Source: Leptogorgia sarmentosa
Lineage: Eukaryota
Direction: 5' to 3'
NCBI GenBank assembly: GCA_964658305.1
Contig: OZ210885.1
Coordinates: 12,524,001 to 12,588,000 of the forward strand
Length of the DNA stretch: 64,000 nucleotides
Position 1 is the stretch's first letter, and the number at the start of each line of letters is the position of its first letter. The notes beneath the pieces were generated by a model. The model worked only from the letters and a program-made list of their open reading frames with translations, searched no databases and had not been told where the DNA came from. Below, piece by piece: positions 26,172 through 40,180 of the stretch. A program made the translations under genes and the position numbers.

Positions 26172-26735
26172 GCAATTTTTTGCCTTGAACAGTGGATAGA
26201 TGCACACTCATTTCTCTTCTGGTTTGAATTATGTCAATACGAAGTCTTGGAATGGATTTAATGTGATTATTATGTGAAGTTACAGGGTTCCACATAAAGC
26301 GTATCACGGTTGTTGTGCAGTTTCAGTGTGCGTTTTCCAGTCCATTCTTTTGATAGTTTATGGTCTAGCCCACTAAATAAGGTTCAATATACGACCCGTG
26401 AAGGTTCGGGCGGATATTATAACATCAACAAGCAACAAAAGTTCTACTTACTACCTAAACGTTAGAAAACAAATTCACTGCCTATCGTTCAGTTGGTGAA
26501 TAGAAATTTTGCTGCTTGTTAAAGTATCCAGCCATATTAGATACAGTATTTAATCCACTCCTCAAGAGTTTCCTTTTCATTGTATATAAATCCTTAAATT
26601 GCAAAGATTTTTACATTAATTTTAATAACGCGTCCAAGCTGATCATGCACATCTCATTTCTGACTGTTTCAGAAAATATCCTTTTAATGTTTACTTAAAT
26701 TTCTGAATTGATTATTTTTCCTTCCTGAATAATAG

Positions 26736-26833
26736 GTGACCTTAAATGGGCAGAACATGTTGCAGTCTCTGCTGATGATCGCTATGTCGTGTCGCTGTCA
26801 AAGGATTATAACTCAACGAAGTCCTCGATAAAG
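26736..26833 (+). CDS. Apaf-1-like exon 9 (98-bp WD40 exon absent from the ORF track)
   Basis: AATAG acceptor after a pyrimidine tract, GTATGG donor. Encodes GDLKWAEHVAVSADDRYVVSLSKDYNSTKSSIK. It is needed to bridge phase 1 to phase 0 and forms SIK|VWN with exon 10. Confidence 0.88.
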
Positions 26834-28869
26834 GTATGGTACACAAGGCTACTAGCCATACTGTACATAAAGAAATACAAACATCCGAACACAAGGAATT
26901 TTTTGAATTGTTTGTTCCACGTTTCGACTCGGCGTAGTCATTATTAGGAATGTATACAATTTTTACAAAACATGGGTATATATACTTCTGAAACTCATTA
27001 ATAATTCATGAAGAAAACACAGAGGAAATCATCAGGGTGCATGTGTCAGTATATGTAATACGCAGATTTCGGTTGATTTGGCATAAACTATAACTTTGAT
27101 TTTCTGATGTTATATCAGATGTGTTCTTAAAATTAAAGAAGGTTTGTATCAGACCTTAGATAATCGAAGGCATACATGGACTGGAAACTCTGGCTTATAC
27201 TGCACGACATCCGCGCTTTGCGCTTTGTTTTGAAACCTGTAACTTCACATTTAATCCATTCCAGGACTTCGTACTGACATATCATAAACCGGAACCGAAA
27301 GAAATGTACATTTACATATAATATATAATAAGAAAACATAACAAATGACCGTTTGAAGTAAGTTATATTTTAATATTAAAAATAGTCTAGGAAAATTGTA
27401 TATCAGTATATGGATACGAGCATTGAAGCATTGGCTTTCAATTTCATAAACAGCTTTAAATTTCGACAGATTCAGTAAGTTACTAATTTACCATGTGTTA
27501 TGGAATGGATTGTCATGCAAGATTTAAGATAAACTATACATCAACTTCATTCAGACCTATGTTTCAGGTGAACGTACACATATGTACTCACTACCTATTT
27601 TGTGTTGCTGGAAGACCAAGCAACAACTTACTGAATGCTGAAGTTCTGTCATGTACGAGTTTACCTATTCGTGATGCGACGCAATATATATATTGTTCAA
27701 GATCGGTATCTATAGTTACGTATAATTGACATTTGATATATATATATATATATATTTCTTATTCCAAACTCATAAGCCTAATTCCTAACGTCGCAGTTGG
27801 TACTGAATCTTAGGATCAAAGCAGCCCCCCCCCCCCTACTCACCTGAAGTAAATGAAGTCGTGAATTAGTTGTCTTTCGCAACATAGGAAAATATATTTT
27901 TTTTATACAGTTGTGAACTGATATTAGGTTTTTGCCACATGATCATGCATGATTATACCAATTGAACAAAATCAGACCTGAAAATGCCCGAAAACATGTT
28001 CGACGATGTCACTTTCATTTTACCATAAACTCGATCCATTGCTATTCGAGTTATGCGTTGAAACAAGAGAACTTTTTAAATAAAGGGTATAAAATATCTC
28101 AATAATAGTCGCTCGTAATACAAAGCAGTACAACTGTAAATGTTGTTCATTAAGATGGCTTTCTGGGAATTTTGCGCGACTTCTTTTCATGAAATGGCAA
28201 AACTTGCTGTTCGAGCCCTTTAACCCACTGATCTCGAAGTACTGAATTTATCATCCTGTTCAATTCAGTCAATAATTTTGAAGTTCCGTAATGAGATGAA
28301 ATACTAAAATGAGTGAAATCGATCGCAATTTCCGTAAATGGTATCACAACATGCATGGTCGAATTATAAAGAAAATGTCTTTTGCAGTTTAAGACATACA
28401 CAGAGCTTGTCATAACTTTTCTAGTGGTTTCTAGAACGTTTAAAAGCTTTATCATCAATCACACGGCGTCCATCTTGGTGTGACCTCATTAGTTATTCAC
28501 GGCCAAATTTAATAGGAAAAAGACGCCATTTTTGGAGGAAATTTATTCAGACCAATATGACCGCCATTGGTTTATTTATGCATTACAGAAGCTTTGTTCA
28601 GTCATATTAGCATATTATTCCTCAAGTGTACGTATATTTTCGAAAATAAAACGTAAAAACTAATCTGGAACGTAGTAAATAACTTTTTATGCTCTTTCTA
28701 CATCTTTAAAAACTGGCTTCCAGTAATCGCTTTGAGTAGCACGCATAATATAAGTAACGAAACTTATTTTGCTTGTTAGTTATTATATTCACAATTAGTT
28801 ATGATAAATCATTATATCACAAGTTTTAAGCTTCATACAGAATATTAATTTTTCCTTTTATTTTTCAAG

Positions 28870-29272
28870 GTGTGGAATTTGTCCGATGGCAGTGTGATCA
28901 ATGGAATTTATAGCGATAGCACACCTGAGATTGTTCGCTTTAGTTCTGATGGGTTGCAAGTTATAATTGGATACAGAGATAAGCATGTGTTCATCTGGGA
29001 CTGGCAAAAGCCTGATGCGTCTTGGAAAGAAGTCATTTTACCCGCGTCCTACACAGTGGAAATAGCATGCGATCGCAACATGATTTACATATGCAGCCAT
29101 GATATGCATATTTGTGAAATCAATCTCGACTCTTTGCAAGTATCGACTGTACGTCCGAGGGTCGCACCTGTAATATCACCCGACGGCAAAGATCTTTTGT
29201 TTGACTCGCTTCAGAAAAATGTGTTTCTCCACTGGAAACTTTCAACTAAGAGTTGGATCGACCATAATGCAG
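28870..29272 (+). CDS. Apaf-1-like exon 10 (WD40)
   Basis: TTCAAG acceptor, GTGGGT donor. Encodes VWNLSDG...VRFSSDGLQVIIGYRDKHVFIWD. Confidence 0.9.
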
Positions 29273-30265
29273 GTGGGTAAATCAAGGAATATTTGAAAAT
29301 TCTAAATACTTTTAAGTCTTTGATGGGACTACAGGAATTTTTACTATATTCATACACACAATAATTTATATGTGTGAAATATCCGTTTTAAATGAGAATA
29401 TATTTTTCCCGAAAAACCACTGCATTCACTCGCGAATGAGTCAAATATTGAATTCGATTTACGTGTTAGCTCTGAAATTGTCTTGGCTAGCTTCACAGGC
29501 TATTTTCTGTTCTGATTATGTATTAAACGATTACGGAGAATACAATTAAAACGGTTTCGTCACGAGTATCTACAAACCTGTATCCGTTTTTACTCGTGTT
29601 GCATGTAGCGAAAGAATACCAAAACTACGAGATTTCAAAAATTTCAACTTGCTATTTTTGATCTCATCTTTTTCTAAACGGGTATTTTGCTACAGTAAGT
29701 TTCCCATCCATGTGCCTTCACGGCATATGAAGGATGTCAACACATTGCAATTTTTTAGGCCATTTTTCGGCCGCTTTTATCTGCTGATTTCCAAATAAAG
29801 TTGAAGCCCGTGTCATTCATGAGATTACTTCGCTCATTGTTTGAATTTGACGCAAATTAGACGTCTAAAACGAGCCTAACTAGTCGCGCTGTGCGAACAT
29901 ACCTCAAGATTTAAACCTCAGCTGACGTTTTGGGGGATTAGCTGTCAATTGACACGGAAGTTATGTTCTACTAAACTGTCTTTCCATGAGCTTAGTGTAA
30001 GACTGTTTTCAGCCCACTGCAAGCTTTTAGTCTAGAGTAAACGTATACATAATAGAGAAATCTAGCGATCTCAAAAATTTGAAAATAAGTAAAGAAACAA
30101 AAATCCATCGCTACAATTGGTAAAAGTGTGTCAAAATTAGTATAACTGCAATGCTTGGGAACAATAAAAAACATATTATGGCCATTCAAAATAAAGTTCG
30201 TGCAATGTCCGTACTATTTATCAGGTTAAAGTGATTGAATTTCGGATGAAATGGGTGTGATTTAC

Positions 30266-30486
30266 AGCAGTTTTCCATTGCAGTCGCTTTGCCCGCACGG
30301 CCAACATGTTTCAACTTTTGCTAAAGGTGTCTAATCTGAGCGTTCTGTCTAATTTTGCACGCGCGGAGACGGTTGGAAGTTGAACTACATTCAACATTCT
30401 TGGCGTGCCCGCGCGACTGATTTTTGACGAAGTTTAAATCGTTCGCTCCGCCCGCGGGGGCAAAACGACTGTAATGGAAAACGACC
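30266..30486. mobile_element. MITE with about 30-bp TIRs (Harbinger-like)
   Basis: GTTTTCCATTGCAGTCGCTTTGCCC at the left and GGGCAAAACGACTGTAATGGAAAAC at the right; TSD not clear. Confidence 0.6.
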
Positions 30487-30708
30487 TTTATTCCAGTATA
30501 CTAGTCTTTTATTCACAACAGTGAATGACTTACTTTTGCGTTTTCGATATCAGCGATGCATTTTCCTACCTGGATAAAATTTATATTGCTGCACCTGTAA
30601 AGATGACTTGTCGTCTAAAGGATATTTTTCGATGATTGGCAGGCTACCACGCTGAAGCGTCGCATACTTGAATATAATTCAAATAAAAATTTTACTTCCT
30701 TCATGCAG

Positions 30709-31310
30709 GTCACCCTGACGACTCGATAGTTACAGCAATTGACATCACATCAAATGGAAAATTTGCTCTGTCTGGAAGCAGTTCGGGAACATTTTCGCTG
30801 GTCGATATAGAGTGTTCTAAAATAGTTCAATTCGCAAAGACCGAATCTGGAGTCGCCATACGTTTTGTCTCCGTATTAAGTGATGATGCCCGTTTCGTTT
30901 TTGTTGACGAGGCAAACAGGATCGAACTAAGAACTGTTAATGATATCGAGGCCAGCATTAATTTGGGACAACCAGATGTTAAAGTAACTTGCATTACTGC
31001 TCTTGGTTCAAACTATGCATTGCTTGGTTGTGATGACGGAGAACTGTTATGGTTTCATCTTAACAATAACTCGCAGTTGAAATTCCCAGCACACAAGGAT
31101 GCCATTTCTCAAGTTAGAGGCGAGCTAGGAGGTCATGATCGTTCACGTCGCTTTGCATCGGGGTCTATCGGTGGGTCTGTGAAGCTTTGGAAAGTTGAAG
31201 AAAACTTGCCGACGTTGATATGGTCACATGACCACATTCGTTCTAATGCCATTACCGCGTTAGAATTCGTGCCCTGCTCGGATGATATCATAATTCCTTC
31301 TGACGACGAG
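30709..31310 (+). CDS. Apaf-1-like exon 11 (WD40)
   Basis: ATGCAG acceptor, GTATGT donor. Encodes GHPDDSIVTAIDITSNGKFALSGS...FASGSIGGSVKLW. Confidence 0.9.
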
Positions 31311-32033
31311 GTATGTATATAATTTTCCAAACGAGATTGTCAAACGTTGTTTTTGGCCGTGTTACTTGTTGCATAGGTTGAGCTGCAATTCGAATTTCGT
31401 GACATCTCTTTACCGAACAAGATTGTCAAACGTTATTTTTAGGGCTTAATACTTGTTGTAGTTTAGCTGCACTTCAAATTTCATTTCTTGCAGTACATGA
31501 AAAATAACACATACCATGCTCATTGTGAAGCGCTTCTAGAAATGTTGCGAATTAACTTTGTTCCAAGCATTATTTTGGAAATCGGGAGACAAATTTGGAA
31601 GAAAGCCCCTAGTTCAGCCCTTGACTGGAAGAACCCAACAAAATGAATGGTGGTGTTGAAGTCGTGTGCATCTTTGTTTTTTCGCTGATCGATGTTTTGT
31701 GCACTTTGGAAAGTGTAAGAAAAAAATAAAAAGAAGGTGTGGGGAAGGGGAAGGTGGTTGCTTGTGTGGGATGCCTTCGTGTCTTGCACAGACTAAACAT
31801 TTATTTAAGACTTTCTTCACACTTGCTCGTCCACGCAGGATCCAGAAACGTTCTCGCATCGTCGTTAACGTAGATCTAACGCCTCCATGCTTTACTGAAT
31901 TGTGCACATTCACGACCATAAGGGACTCTTCGAGGGCATAAGGATTGGATTCTTGTAACTGCTTGACAAAGTGAATTGTTGAAACGCCCCTTTACATCTT
32001 ATTGCACCAAATTCGTCGAAAAAGAGACCGAAC

Positions 32034-32061
32034 TGATTGATTGATTGATTGATTGATTGAT
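32034..32061 (+). repeat. (GATT)n microsatellite inside BEL element 2
   Basis: About 7 GATT units. Confidence 0.9.
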
Positions 32062-35000
32062 ATTATTCGTTTTCGGTAAGTGCTTAACTTTCTTCACCGA
32101 AATGGCATACTCTTTAGGGAATGCAGTACGTTGCACAGACTTGATCCATGATGTTTCGGCTTCGCTAAAGTCCTTTCCAGTGAGCTGGTTCGTATCTTTA
32201 CCTTGTCGATCATCGTGCTTGATTCTTGCATTTCGTATAAATCGGACAACGTACGCGGTAACTCGTAGCAACCGTCTTAAACTGCTGTATCGTTCGATGT
32301 CCATAACATTGCCAATATCGTCATCCTCTAAAGTGTGTTCGTTCGCAGTAGGGAATGAGTAACAACAGGCTGTCGTTTAACCATTTCCAACGAAGCATCC
32401 TCTGTAATATCACTGCCTTGAGCCATTGGATTGTTGGGCCAGGTATCAGGCGAATGGCGGAGAAATTTTGGACCAATCCACCAAGCTTCGTTGGACACCA
32501 GCTCCTTTGCTTCGAGCCCACGTGATGGAAGGTCGGCCTGATTCTCAGTGCCTGGACAGAAACGCCACGATTCGATCGATGTTAAACTTCGGATCTCCAT
32601 AACTCTATTTCGAACATACTGTTTCCAAGCTCGATCGTTTTTTATCCAACATAACGCCGCTGTCGAGTCAACCCAATGGATCGTATCGATCTCTCCGAGT
32701 ATATCCTTAGCCTTCTTGGTCAATCGCGCGAGAATCACCGCTCCGAGCAACTCCAACCGTGGAATGCTCTGTTGCTTGGTTGGAGCAACTCTTGATTTGG
32801 AAGCAACCAAAGACACTTTTACTCCTCCTTCACCGTCGACAGATCGTAAATACACTACTGCTGCGTATGCTTGTCGCGATGCATCGCTAAAGCCGTGCAA
32901 CTGCGTTTCTATCAAGCGAGTGTCTTTGTTGAAATAATATCTCGGAACTTCAATAGCGTTCAAATCAATAATTTCGTCCCGTATGGTTATAAATTTCGAC
33001 TTTAATTCGCCGTCAAGCTCTTGGTCCCAATCGACTTGGCGCTGACAAAGAATTTGAAACATTATCTTAAATGTTACCGTGAATGGAGTAAGTAGACCAT
33101 GAGGATGGAAAATCTTCGCAACTAACTTCAACAGAGAGCGTTTTGTCGGTGTTAACGACATGACATAGCCTTGCAAATCGTCAAAGTTGAATGAAATGGT
33201 GTCCGCGCTGGTATCCCAACCAACGCCAAGTAACTTGACGACACCCATCGAATCGACCGATTTTTGATTGGTCGTTGATTTCGCATAGGATTCATCCTCC
33301 TCTCGAGCCGTCGCAGACTCGGGATTGTTATCACCCTTCGATTCGACTTGCTCGATACGCTTTATGACCTCCCGAGAGTTTGAATTCCATTTTCTTAAGT
33401 TAAATCCCCCTGCAGCCATCATTTTTTTTTATTTTTCGTAAATTTCAAACGCCTTCGAAACGTTTTTCTCCCCCGCTAACAAATCGTCCACATAGAATGA
33501 CTTCGATAAAAGCTCTGCCATTTCTGGTTCGCTCTTCCTGTAAGAATCGAGATGGTGTTGTATTTCGGAGCCCAAAATCGAGGGGGACGGTCTAAGACCA
33601 AACATTAAGCGATTGAATAGTAAAATAATAGTCGCCGGATCATCACTGAGAGGGTCGTCAAACCAAAGAAAGCGAAGCATGTCCCTATGGTCGGCCTTAC
33701 AACCATAAGGAACGCCTTCTCCATGTCAGCTGTCAACGCAATTGGGTTGGATCGAAACCTTATCAGCATGTCAAACAGATGAGGAATGAAGTTCGGTCCG
33801 GTTTCTAAACAATCATTTAAAGAACGTTCTTGAGATTCTGGCTTGGCCGAACCATCATAAACTATTCGAACCTTTGTCGTGTCTTTGTCTTGGCGGGTTA
33901 CCGGGTGATGAGGCGAATAATGAGTCCCGATACTATCACGTCCCCTATCATCTTCAGGTACCCTTTCAACTATACCGGCATTGAGTTGGTCGCGAATTAT
34001 CTTGTCATACTCGTTGAGTAACTTTGGCTGTTTGCTTAGCTTGCGATGTAAGGATAATAACCGACCGCTACATGATTCGTAATTATCCGATAGAGGTAAA
34101 CACTCTTTCCGCCATGGCAGACTTATTTCGTAACGCTGCCCGTTGAATACAGTTTCCGTAGCCAATTAGCCAGACATTGGTAACGTCTTTTCTGTTGCCT
34201 TGTCGCAAATTCCAATCGCTTCGACATCCCAAAAACTTTAACTCCTGGGTGATTTCGTCCACTGCGCCACTTGATGGGTCAAATTCGATTCCCTCCGAAA
34301 TAATGAGATTACTAACGACTTCGCGTCCGTTCTCGACGTCAGAACTGGTGTGGTGGTAGGACCAGACAAAATCCAGCCAAATTTGCTGGCAATTGCAAGA
34401 GGACTTGTTTCTCCCCGAACGACCTCTCCGGTAATAAAATCCCAATAATGATCAGAGCCAATTAACACGTTGATGCTTTGTCGGGCTTCGCTCGACCAAT
34501 CTGCCAGGTCTAAGCCCTGTAAATGCGGGTGGTCCGAAATATCGAATTTTGCTTCCAATGGGGTACAGATAACCGGGAAATTTAAAGCTGAAACTGGGCA
34601 AATCTCACCGTGAGACGTCTTGAAATTTATGTTGAACACTTGACACTTCTGTGTTCTACATTTATTGTCCCCAAAGGTGTTCAGACGCAAGGTTTCATTT
34701 GAGAGTGGTTTTAACCCTAACTTTAATCTAAGATCTCGAACCATCGCTATTTTCTACGGTGGCCTTGGCCGTTTGCAATAAGACCCGCCTTTCATTTGTA
34801 CGTGCTGGCGCGGTCGCTGTTACCTCAGGGGCACTGTCTTGCTTTCTAGGGTCTGTTACTCGCCCTCGCTCTGAAGCTCGTGCTTTCGCCTCGTGATCCA
34901 TGCAAATGGACTGATGATGCCTCCCGTTACAATGCCGACAGTTCCGCCGACCCCTGCAATCTCTCGCATTATGCCCTCTATACAAACACCTAAAACATCT

Positions 35001-35810
35001 GCCAGCTTTCTTCAAGATTGCCTTACGTTCATTCACCGTCTTTACTTTATCGCATGATGCAGAGTAATGCTGCTCATTGCAAAACGCACATTGAATTTTA
35101 AAGCCAGTGGCTTGTTGACCAGCACCGGGGTTTGACTTGGGCCCTTGCTCGTATTCACCGTCCTTACTCCCAGCAAACAACCCCTTTATAGTAGGGGTGG
35201 CTTGAGAGTTTACACCGTCCTTCGACCTATCATGGGGACCCTTCTCGGTTGTTTTAGTTGTCTCACAAACTTCTCGCGCTTCTACTTCTAATTTTATCGT
35301 ATCAAGCAACTCGTCTATTTGCCACACATCATTCTTAGCCTTACGAACTATTTCTGTCGGATGTCGTTCGGCATGTTCGATATAATTATAGGAATCAACA
35401 AACTACCATACATTTCAGACGAAACTCCCAGGGTGGCTAAACCCCGCACATGCGCCCTAATTTTATCGTACACAAACCTGAGCGATGTCAGGCGATCTCC
35501 CGTACAACCCGAAATCTTCAGGAGCTCATCCATGTGCGCGGTAATTATTTGTTGCGTGCGACCAAAACGGTCCTTGAGAATGTCGATAGCAGCGTCGTAG
35601 TTGGCCCCAGTCAAGGTCAGTCCTTGTATCGCTCGAAGTGCGGGCCCCTCCAAAACCGAATTCAAATAATTAAATTTGTCAATCTTCGATATGTCCTGAT
35701 TGTTATGAATCGCCGACTCGAATGAATCTCAAAAAGTGTTCCACTTAGTAATTTGTCCCTTGAATTTTACCAAAGACAATTTTGGTAGTTTCGCTTTACA
35801 AGACATATCA

Positions 35811-35927
35811 CGCTCGCATTCGCTACACTCGTATTCGCCGCGCTCGTATTCGCCGCGCTCGTATTCGCCACGCTCGTATTCGCCACGCTCGTATTCGCCA
35901 CGCTCGTATTCGCCACGCTCGTATTCG
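35811..35927 (-). repeat. 15-bp coding minisatellite in gag, about 8 copies
   Basis: Unit CGCTCGTATTCGCCA on the + strand; translates to ANTSV/ANTSA repeats in the gag direction. Confidence 0.92.
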
Positions 35928-35979
35928 AAGTGTTCACATTGTCGCTTACGTTCACACTACTTATCGCATTTGTACCACT

Positions 35980-36640
35980 GAGCTATACTTAGTATATCTG
36001 GAGATCAGGTCGTAATACCTCGCCGTACAAAATAGTGTCGCCAAAAACATGGCGGATTTTAGCCAAATTTACGTCATTATGACGTAGTAAGTAACCACTA
36101 ACCAAATAACATTGCCGAAAGTGAGCAGTTTTCTCACCCCCCCCCCCCCCTGTCTGACGAAATAAAATACTAAAATACCAGCTAACATCACGTCAAAGTT
36201 TTAAATTCAAAACAATATTTCGTTGAATTTTGTTGATTATCAACATGCCGCGTTTTTGCTATGTTTACGGATGTCACAACTCCTTCGACAACAAAAACTG
36301 TCGTCACACTGGCCCATTCCTGTCCTCTTTAATCAATCGCGTTCGGTATTTATAGGAGCGTACTTCAACAAATACAACAATATATTTTTGAGATGTAAGA
36401 GAATTTTAATACTTTATCTCAATTCTTTGAAAAAATATCAAAACAGCAATGCAGTATATATATTTATATATAAAATCGTACAGTAAAATCCAGGGGGGAT
36501 TGGGAACGGCGCCTGCACACACTTCAACTGTGGTCAGTAATTACCATCATGAGAATAGGGGACGTGTGACGTAAAATCCGCCATGTTTTTGGCGACACCT
36601 TTCAGTGGAGTGCCTGATCTCCAGATTAATAATATAGCTC
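35980..36640. mobile_element. 661-bp non-autonomous DNA transposon (PIF/Harbinger-like) inserted in BEL element 2 gag
   Basis: TIR GAGCTATA..ATCTGGAGATCAGG / CCTGATCTCCAGAT..TATAGCTC, subterminal IR GTGTCGCCAAAAACATGGCGGATTTT, and a 3-bp TSD ACT. Confidence 0.88.
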
Positions 36641-37035
36641 ACTGATTTGTACTTGCCGTGAGTGTATTCATCGTTTGAACTGGGGTACCATCGTTACCGA
36701 TCGCCGTTTGACTCCTGCTTTGTCCTTGTGTGAATCCCTCGATAGTTTTGATTGCATGTAAAATTCGTACAACTTCCACCGATTCCTCAATCTCTCGTTC
36801 GATATCATCCACATTACACAACTCGAGTTTTTTGTCATCAATTTCACCGAGTATATTTAATTTCTCTTGTAATAAACACTTAACTATTTCGCATCGATCA
36901 ACGTCGCCATCTTCTTGACGCTTTACCAATTTTTCGCTCAATTGTCCTCCTCGTTTCGCTCGCAATCTATCTAAATTTTCCTTCGTTTCCGACATGCTTT
37001 TTAATCGCTTGGGTGCAGCTTGTATCTTCAAACTG

Positions 37036-37053
37036 GCCCCACGTTGGGCGCCA
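37036..37053 (-). promoter_or_regulatory. Primer binding site complementary to tRNA-Lys(CTT)
   Basis: Minus strand reads TGGCGCCCAACGTGGGGC directly after ...TACA (LTR end). Confidence 0.9.
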
Positions 37054-38108
37054 TGTAATAATTCGTCGTATTCCCTCGATATTTGACACGAAATATTGAA
37101 CAACTGATCTATATTTATTTCTATACACACACACAAAGACAACTTTACAATAACTCCCAAGACTAGTTCATAGCTATTTTTATCCCCAAAAACAATTACG
37201 TCACATCCCTCAGTCTCGTGACCGGAAGTTAGCAATATAAATGTTAAATCTTTCTTACAATCTGAATAGGAGGAAAATTCGTACAACAGACACCAAAGTT
37301 AAATATAAAATCTAACATGTTACAGCAATTTACTGGGAAAATAGATATACCAAGACGTAAATTATGAAGCGAATTATATAATTCAACGCATCATATTTAA
37401 ACTGAAGTAAATACCAATGCTACTGTGTCCTTCTAATTGCATGTGTAACTACAATTGTATACTACTACTGTATTAAGTTAACCGTAATAAACAATTTGAA
37501 AAGAGGATAATACATGTCAACATTGTGAATACAGTTAATTCTCATATTGATATCATTGTGGTCAATTCCGTTGATTGTCAAAATTTTCAAGAACTGTACG
37601 AATTAAACATTAATTACACAGGCGTGTAGTAACTATTTTTATTAATTACACCGTTCCGAGGCGGCGTTGATTTTAAAAACAACCAAAACAACGCAGTATT
37701 AATTGCATATAATTTATGTTTGTTGAAATACCACTCGTGCTTCGCACATATTACAGAAATTTAGCAGGATAATTTTACGAAACATAACTGCTGAATGCTG
37801 ATACGATAATTGCGAAACGCCATACGTCATTTACATTTAAATTCAAATGTTTCCTTCAGTCACTAATACTGCATGTGTAAATTACATTCAACAATTCCAA
37901 TTCTGAAGGTAATTTTTTCAATTACTTTGTTACGTTTCAAGCAATTTCACGCAACGAAGCAAACAAACTTATAGCACTCCGCATCGGATTTTTTTAATTT
38001 GAAATACATAATAATAAGTGTTAATAATCGGAAGACGTTCATCTTATTTTTCAGAGAAAATAACAATGCAACAATGTTGTATTAAGCAGTAAATTATTAT
38101 TTTGACAG

Positions 38109-38364
38109 GTTGCGCGGATAAATGCCAATGGAATTGTGCATCGTTACACATCAGGTGTGATGGGTAGAATTCAAACAATTCGCGTGGTCCAGAACTTTCT
38201 TTTTGCTGTTAGTTCTTACCCGTGTGGAAATGATAATGGAGCTCAAGAGGAAACATCGGTAATAAAGTGGGAACTGAACAAAGTGTGGTCCGAAGGGATT
38301 AATGGTGTTTTTACCAGAAGAGTTTTAAGGGTGGACAATTCTGGCAGCCGTGTGGCTATTTTAG
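38109..38364 (+). CDS. Apaf-1-like exon 12 (divergent WD40)
   Basis: TGACAG acceptor, GTAAAT donor. Open frame VARINANGIVHRY...SRVAIL; phase 0 in and 1 out fits both neighbours. Confidence 0.82.
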
Positions 38365-39393
38365 GTAAATTTATTTCATTTTTAGTGCAAAGTTTAACTT
38401 TGCAGTATTGTGATGAGGGGTGAAATTTCACATCAGTCATTCAGCTATTCAGCGATTCATAGTGTAAACTCCGGGGGAAGGGGCGTCCCAAATTCTCCTG
38501 ATATGCGAAACTCCGTAGTTGACTGATATCCTGGGAATGTTTGAACAAAAATGATTCGATTGCAGTTATATATCATTGCTCATCATTATTTGCAGTTGTT
38601 CTCATCGATACGAAATTTAGTTAGATGAGAAATGTGATCAAAGAAGCGCACAAATACAGTACACAATGGCGGAGGCCCCTCCGGAATTTAAGTTTTTGCA
38701 AAAATTGCAACTCAGCACATGTCTGGGGAATGAAATTACACAATATGGCGGACGCTAAGAGTGGGACCGTGAATCAGTAATTCACTATGATGATAATATG
38801 TGGCCAGCATGTCTGAATACGTTGATAAAGCAGTTGTAATGATGTTTATATATCAGCAATGAATCTAGAGATTTTAATTTCTTATCATTATTGGTAGAAA
38901 ACTTGTATTTGGCTCGTCATGCACAATTTAAAATAGCTACTGTTAACTGCCGCCGTGCGTATTATATTAAAACATTTAGTTGGCCGACATTGCCATCGCA
39001 ATTCGCAAATAGCGGGCAAACTCAGATGTGTAACACAGTAGAACACGTCACAACAAGATAGCCATAATTTTAAATCGTATTTAGTTAATATGGTTGATGA
39101 TAGCCAACTTATTTGCGAGCTTTCGCATTTATAGCTTTCGTATTTGTTTTCGCCGTCTTCGACTCTTCCCGCTTCCGGCCTCGCGGTTGTTTGTTTACCA
39201 GACATACCGGGGATTTACAGAATTTCCGATACTAAAAGAACTAAACCATATACAGGCATACAAAAGTAAATTTAACGTTGGCCTGATACTGTGAATAAAC
39301 TGGATATTTTATTACGAGGGAGAAGTATCAGTACGATGTATTTTAAAAAGGTCAGAGGTCAGAGGTTTATCTGATTTGCTTTTAACACGCGCG

Positions 39394-40045
39394 CTGCCTC
39401 GTACCCAGGCGCTTCTTAGGTTAGAGAGATTAGCAAGAATCCAGATAAATATATAGAGATCGGGCGCGAGCGCGCAAGGGTTGATGGGCAGGCGCGACGG
39501 AGGAAGCGCCTGGCAGAATATGCAACAAACATGGCGGGCGACTTGTCCATATTCATAAATGCAAATGAGGAAATTGCTGTTCTTGATGAAACTGACAGGT
39601 CAGTCCATCGAGCGGTACATTATTCCGAACCGTGTAATTTCTTCTTCCGAACTCGACGATACTATTGAAGCGAAATATTTAAACGAATTGAAACAACGTA
39701 GTGTGTAACTGTGTATGCGAAGCGAGATTTGTCAGAATCGTCATAAAATCAAGATAACAGTATAAAACTACCTTCGAAAGATAATTCCTGAAGCGATCTT
39801 TCCAAATCATCGATATTTAAGTGCAACCGGTGCGAGATTTTTCAAAAATTATCACATTTTTAAGCTGTTCATACGCAGACCATTTTTTGCAAAAGTGGGA
39901 CACGGAAATTTGCATATTCAGCCAGGCGCTTCACAAGTCCGTCGCGCCTGCCCATCAACCCTTGCGCGCTCGCGCCCGATCTCTATATATTTACCTGGAT
40001 TCTTGCTAATCTCTCTAAGCTAAGTAGCGCCTGGGTACGAGGCTG
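39394..40045. mobile_element. MITE with about 120-bp TIRs
   Basis: GCCTCGTACCCAGGCGCT...GAAGCGCCTGGC is mirrored at about 39920-40045; no convincing TSD. Confidence 0.85.
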
Positions 40046-40114
40046 TGCGACTGCCAGTTGCTTTCCGATAATAAAATAGTGATTATTTTCAAAATATGAT
40101 TTTATGTCTTCTTA

Positions 40115-40180
40115 GGCCCGTTTCAAACGTGGAATTTTGGTCGCATCGATGCGACCAAAATTCGACGTATGAAACGGGCC
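40115..40180. mobile_element. 66-bp palindromic Harbinger-type MITE
   Basis: GGCCCGTTTCA...TGAAACGGGCC, a near-perfect palindrome with TTA on both sides. Confidence 0.88.

Larger units (their letters stand above)
31745..37324 (-). mobile_element. Degenerate, 3'-truncated BEL/Pao retrotransposon
   Basis: Frameshifted gag (MSETKENLDRLRAKRGG, LKDRFG), knuckles (CAFCNEQH, CFRCLYRGH), protease remnant, RT (FYVDD), RNase H (FSDAS, IPRLEL) and integrase zinc finger, then sequence ends. 5' LTR about 37054-37324 (outer end uncertain); no 3' LTR seen. Confidence 0.92.

Noticed and set aside
31311..31745. 3' LTR or TSD for BEL element 2
   Set aside because: No match to 37054-37324; only an unrelated short direct repeat near 31333-31482.
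36996..37286. N-terminal extension of the 215-aa minus-strand ORF
   Set aside because: It runs through the LTR and PBS; gag plausibly starts at MSETKENL near 36995.
38788..38817. Intronic C/D box snoRNA (ATGATGA...CTGA)
   Set aside because: Boxes are only about 20 nt apart, with no terminal stem or recognisable guide.
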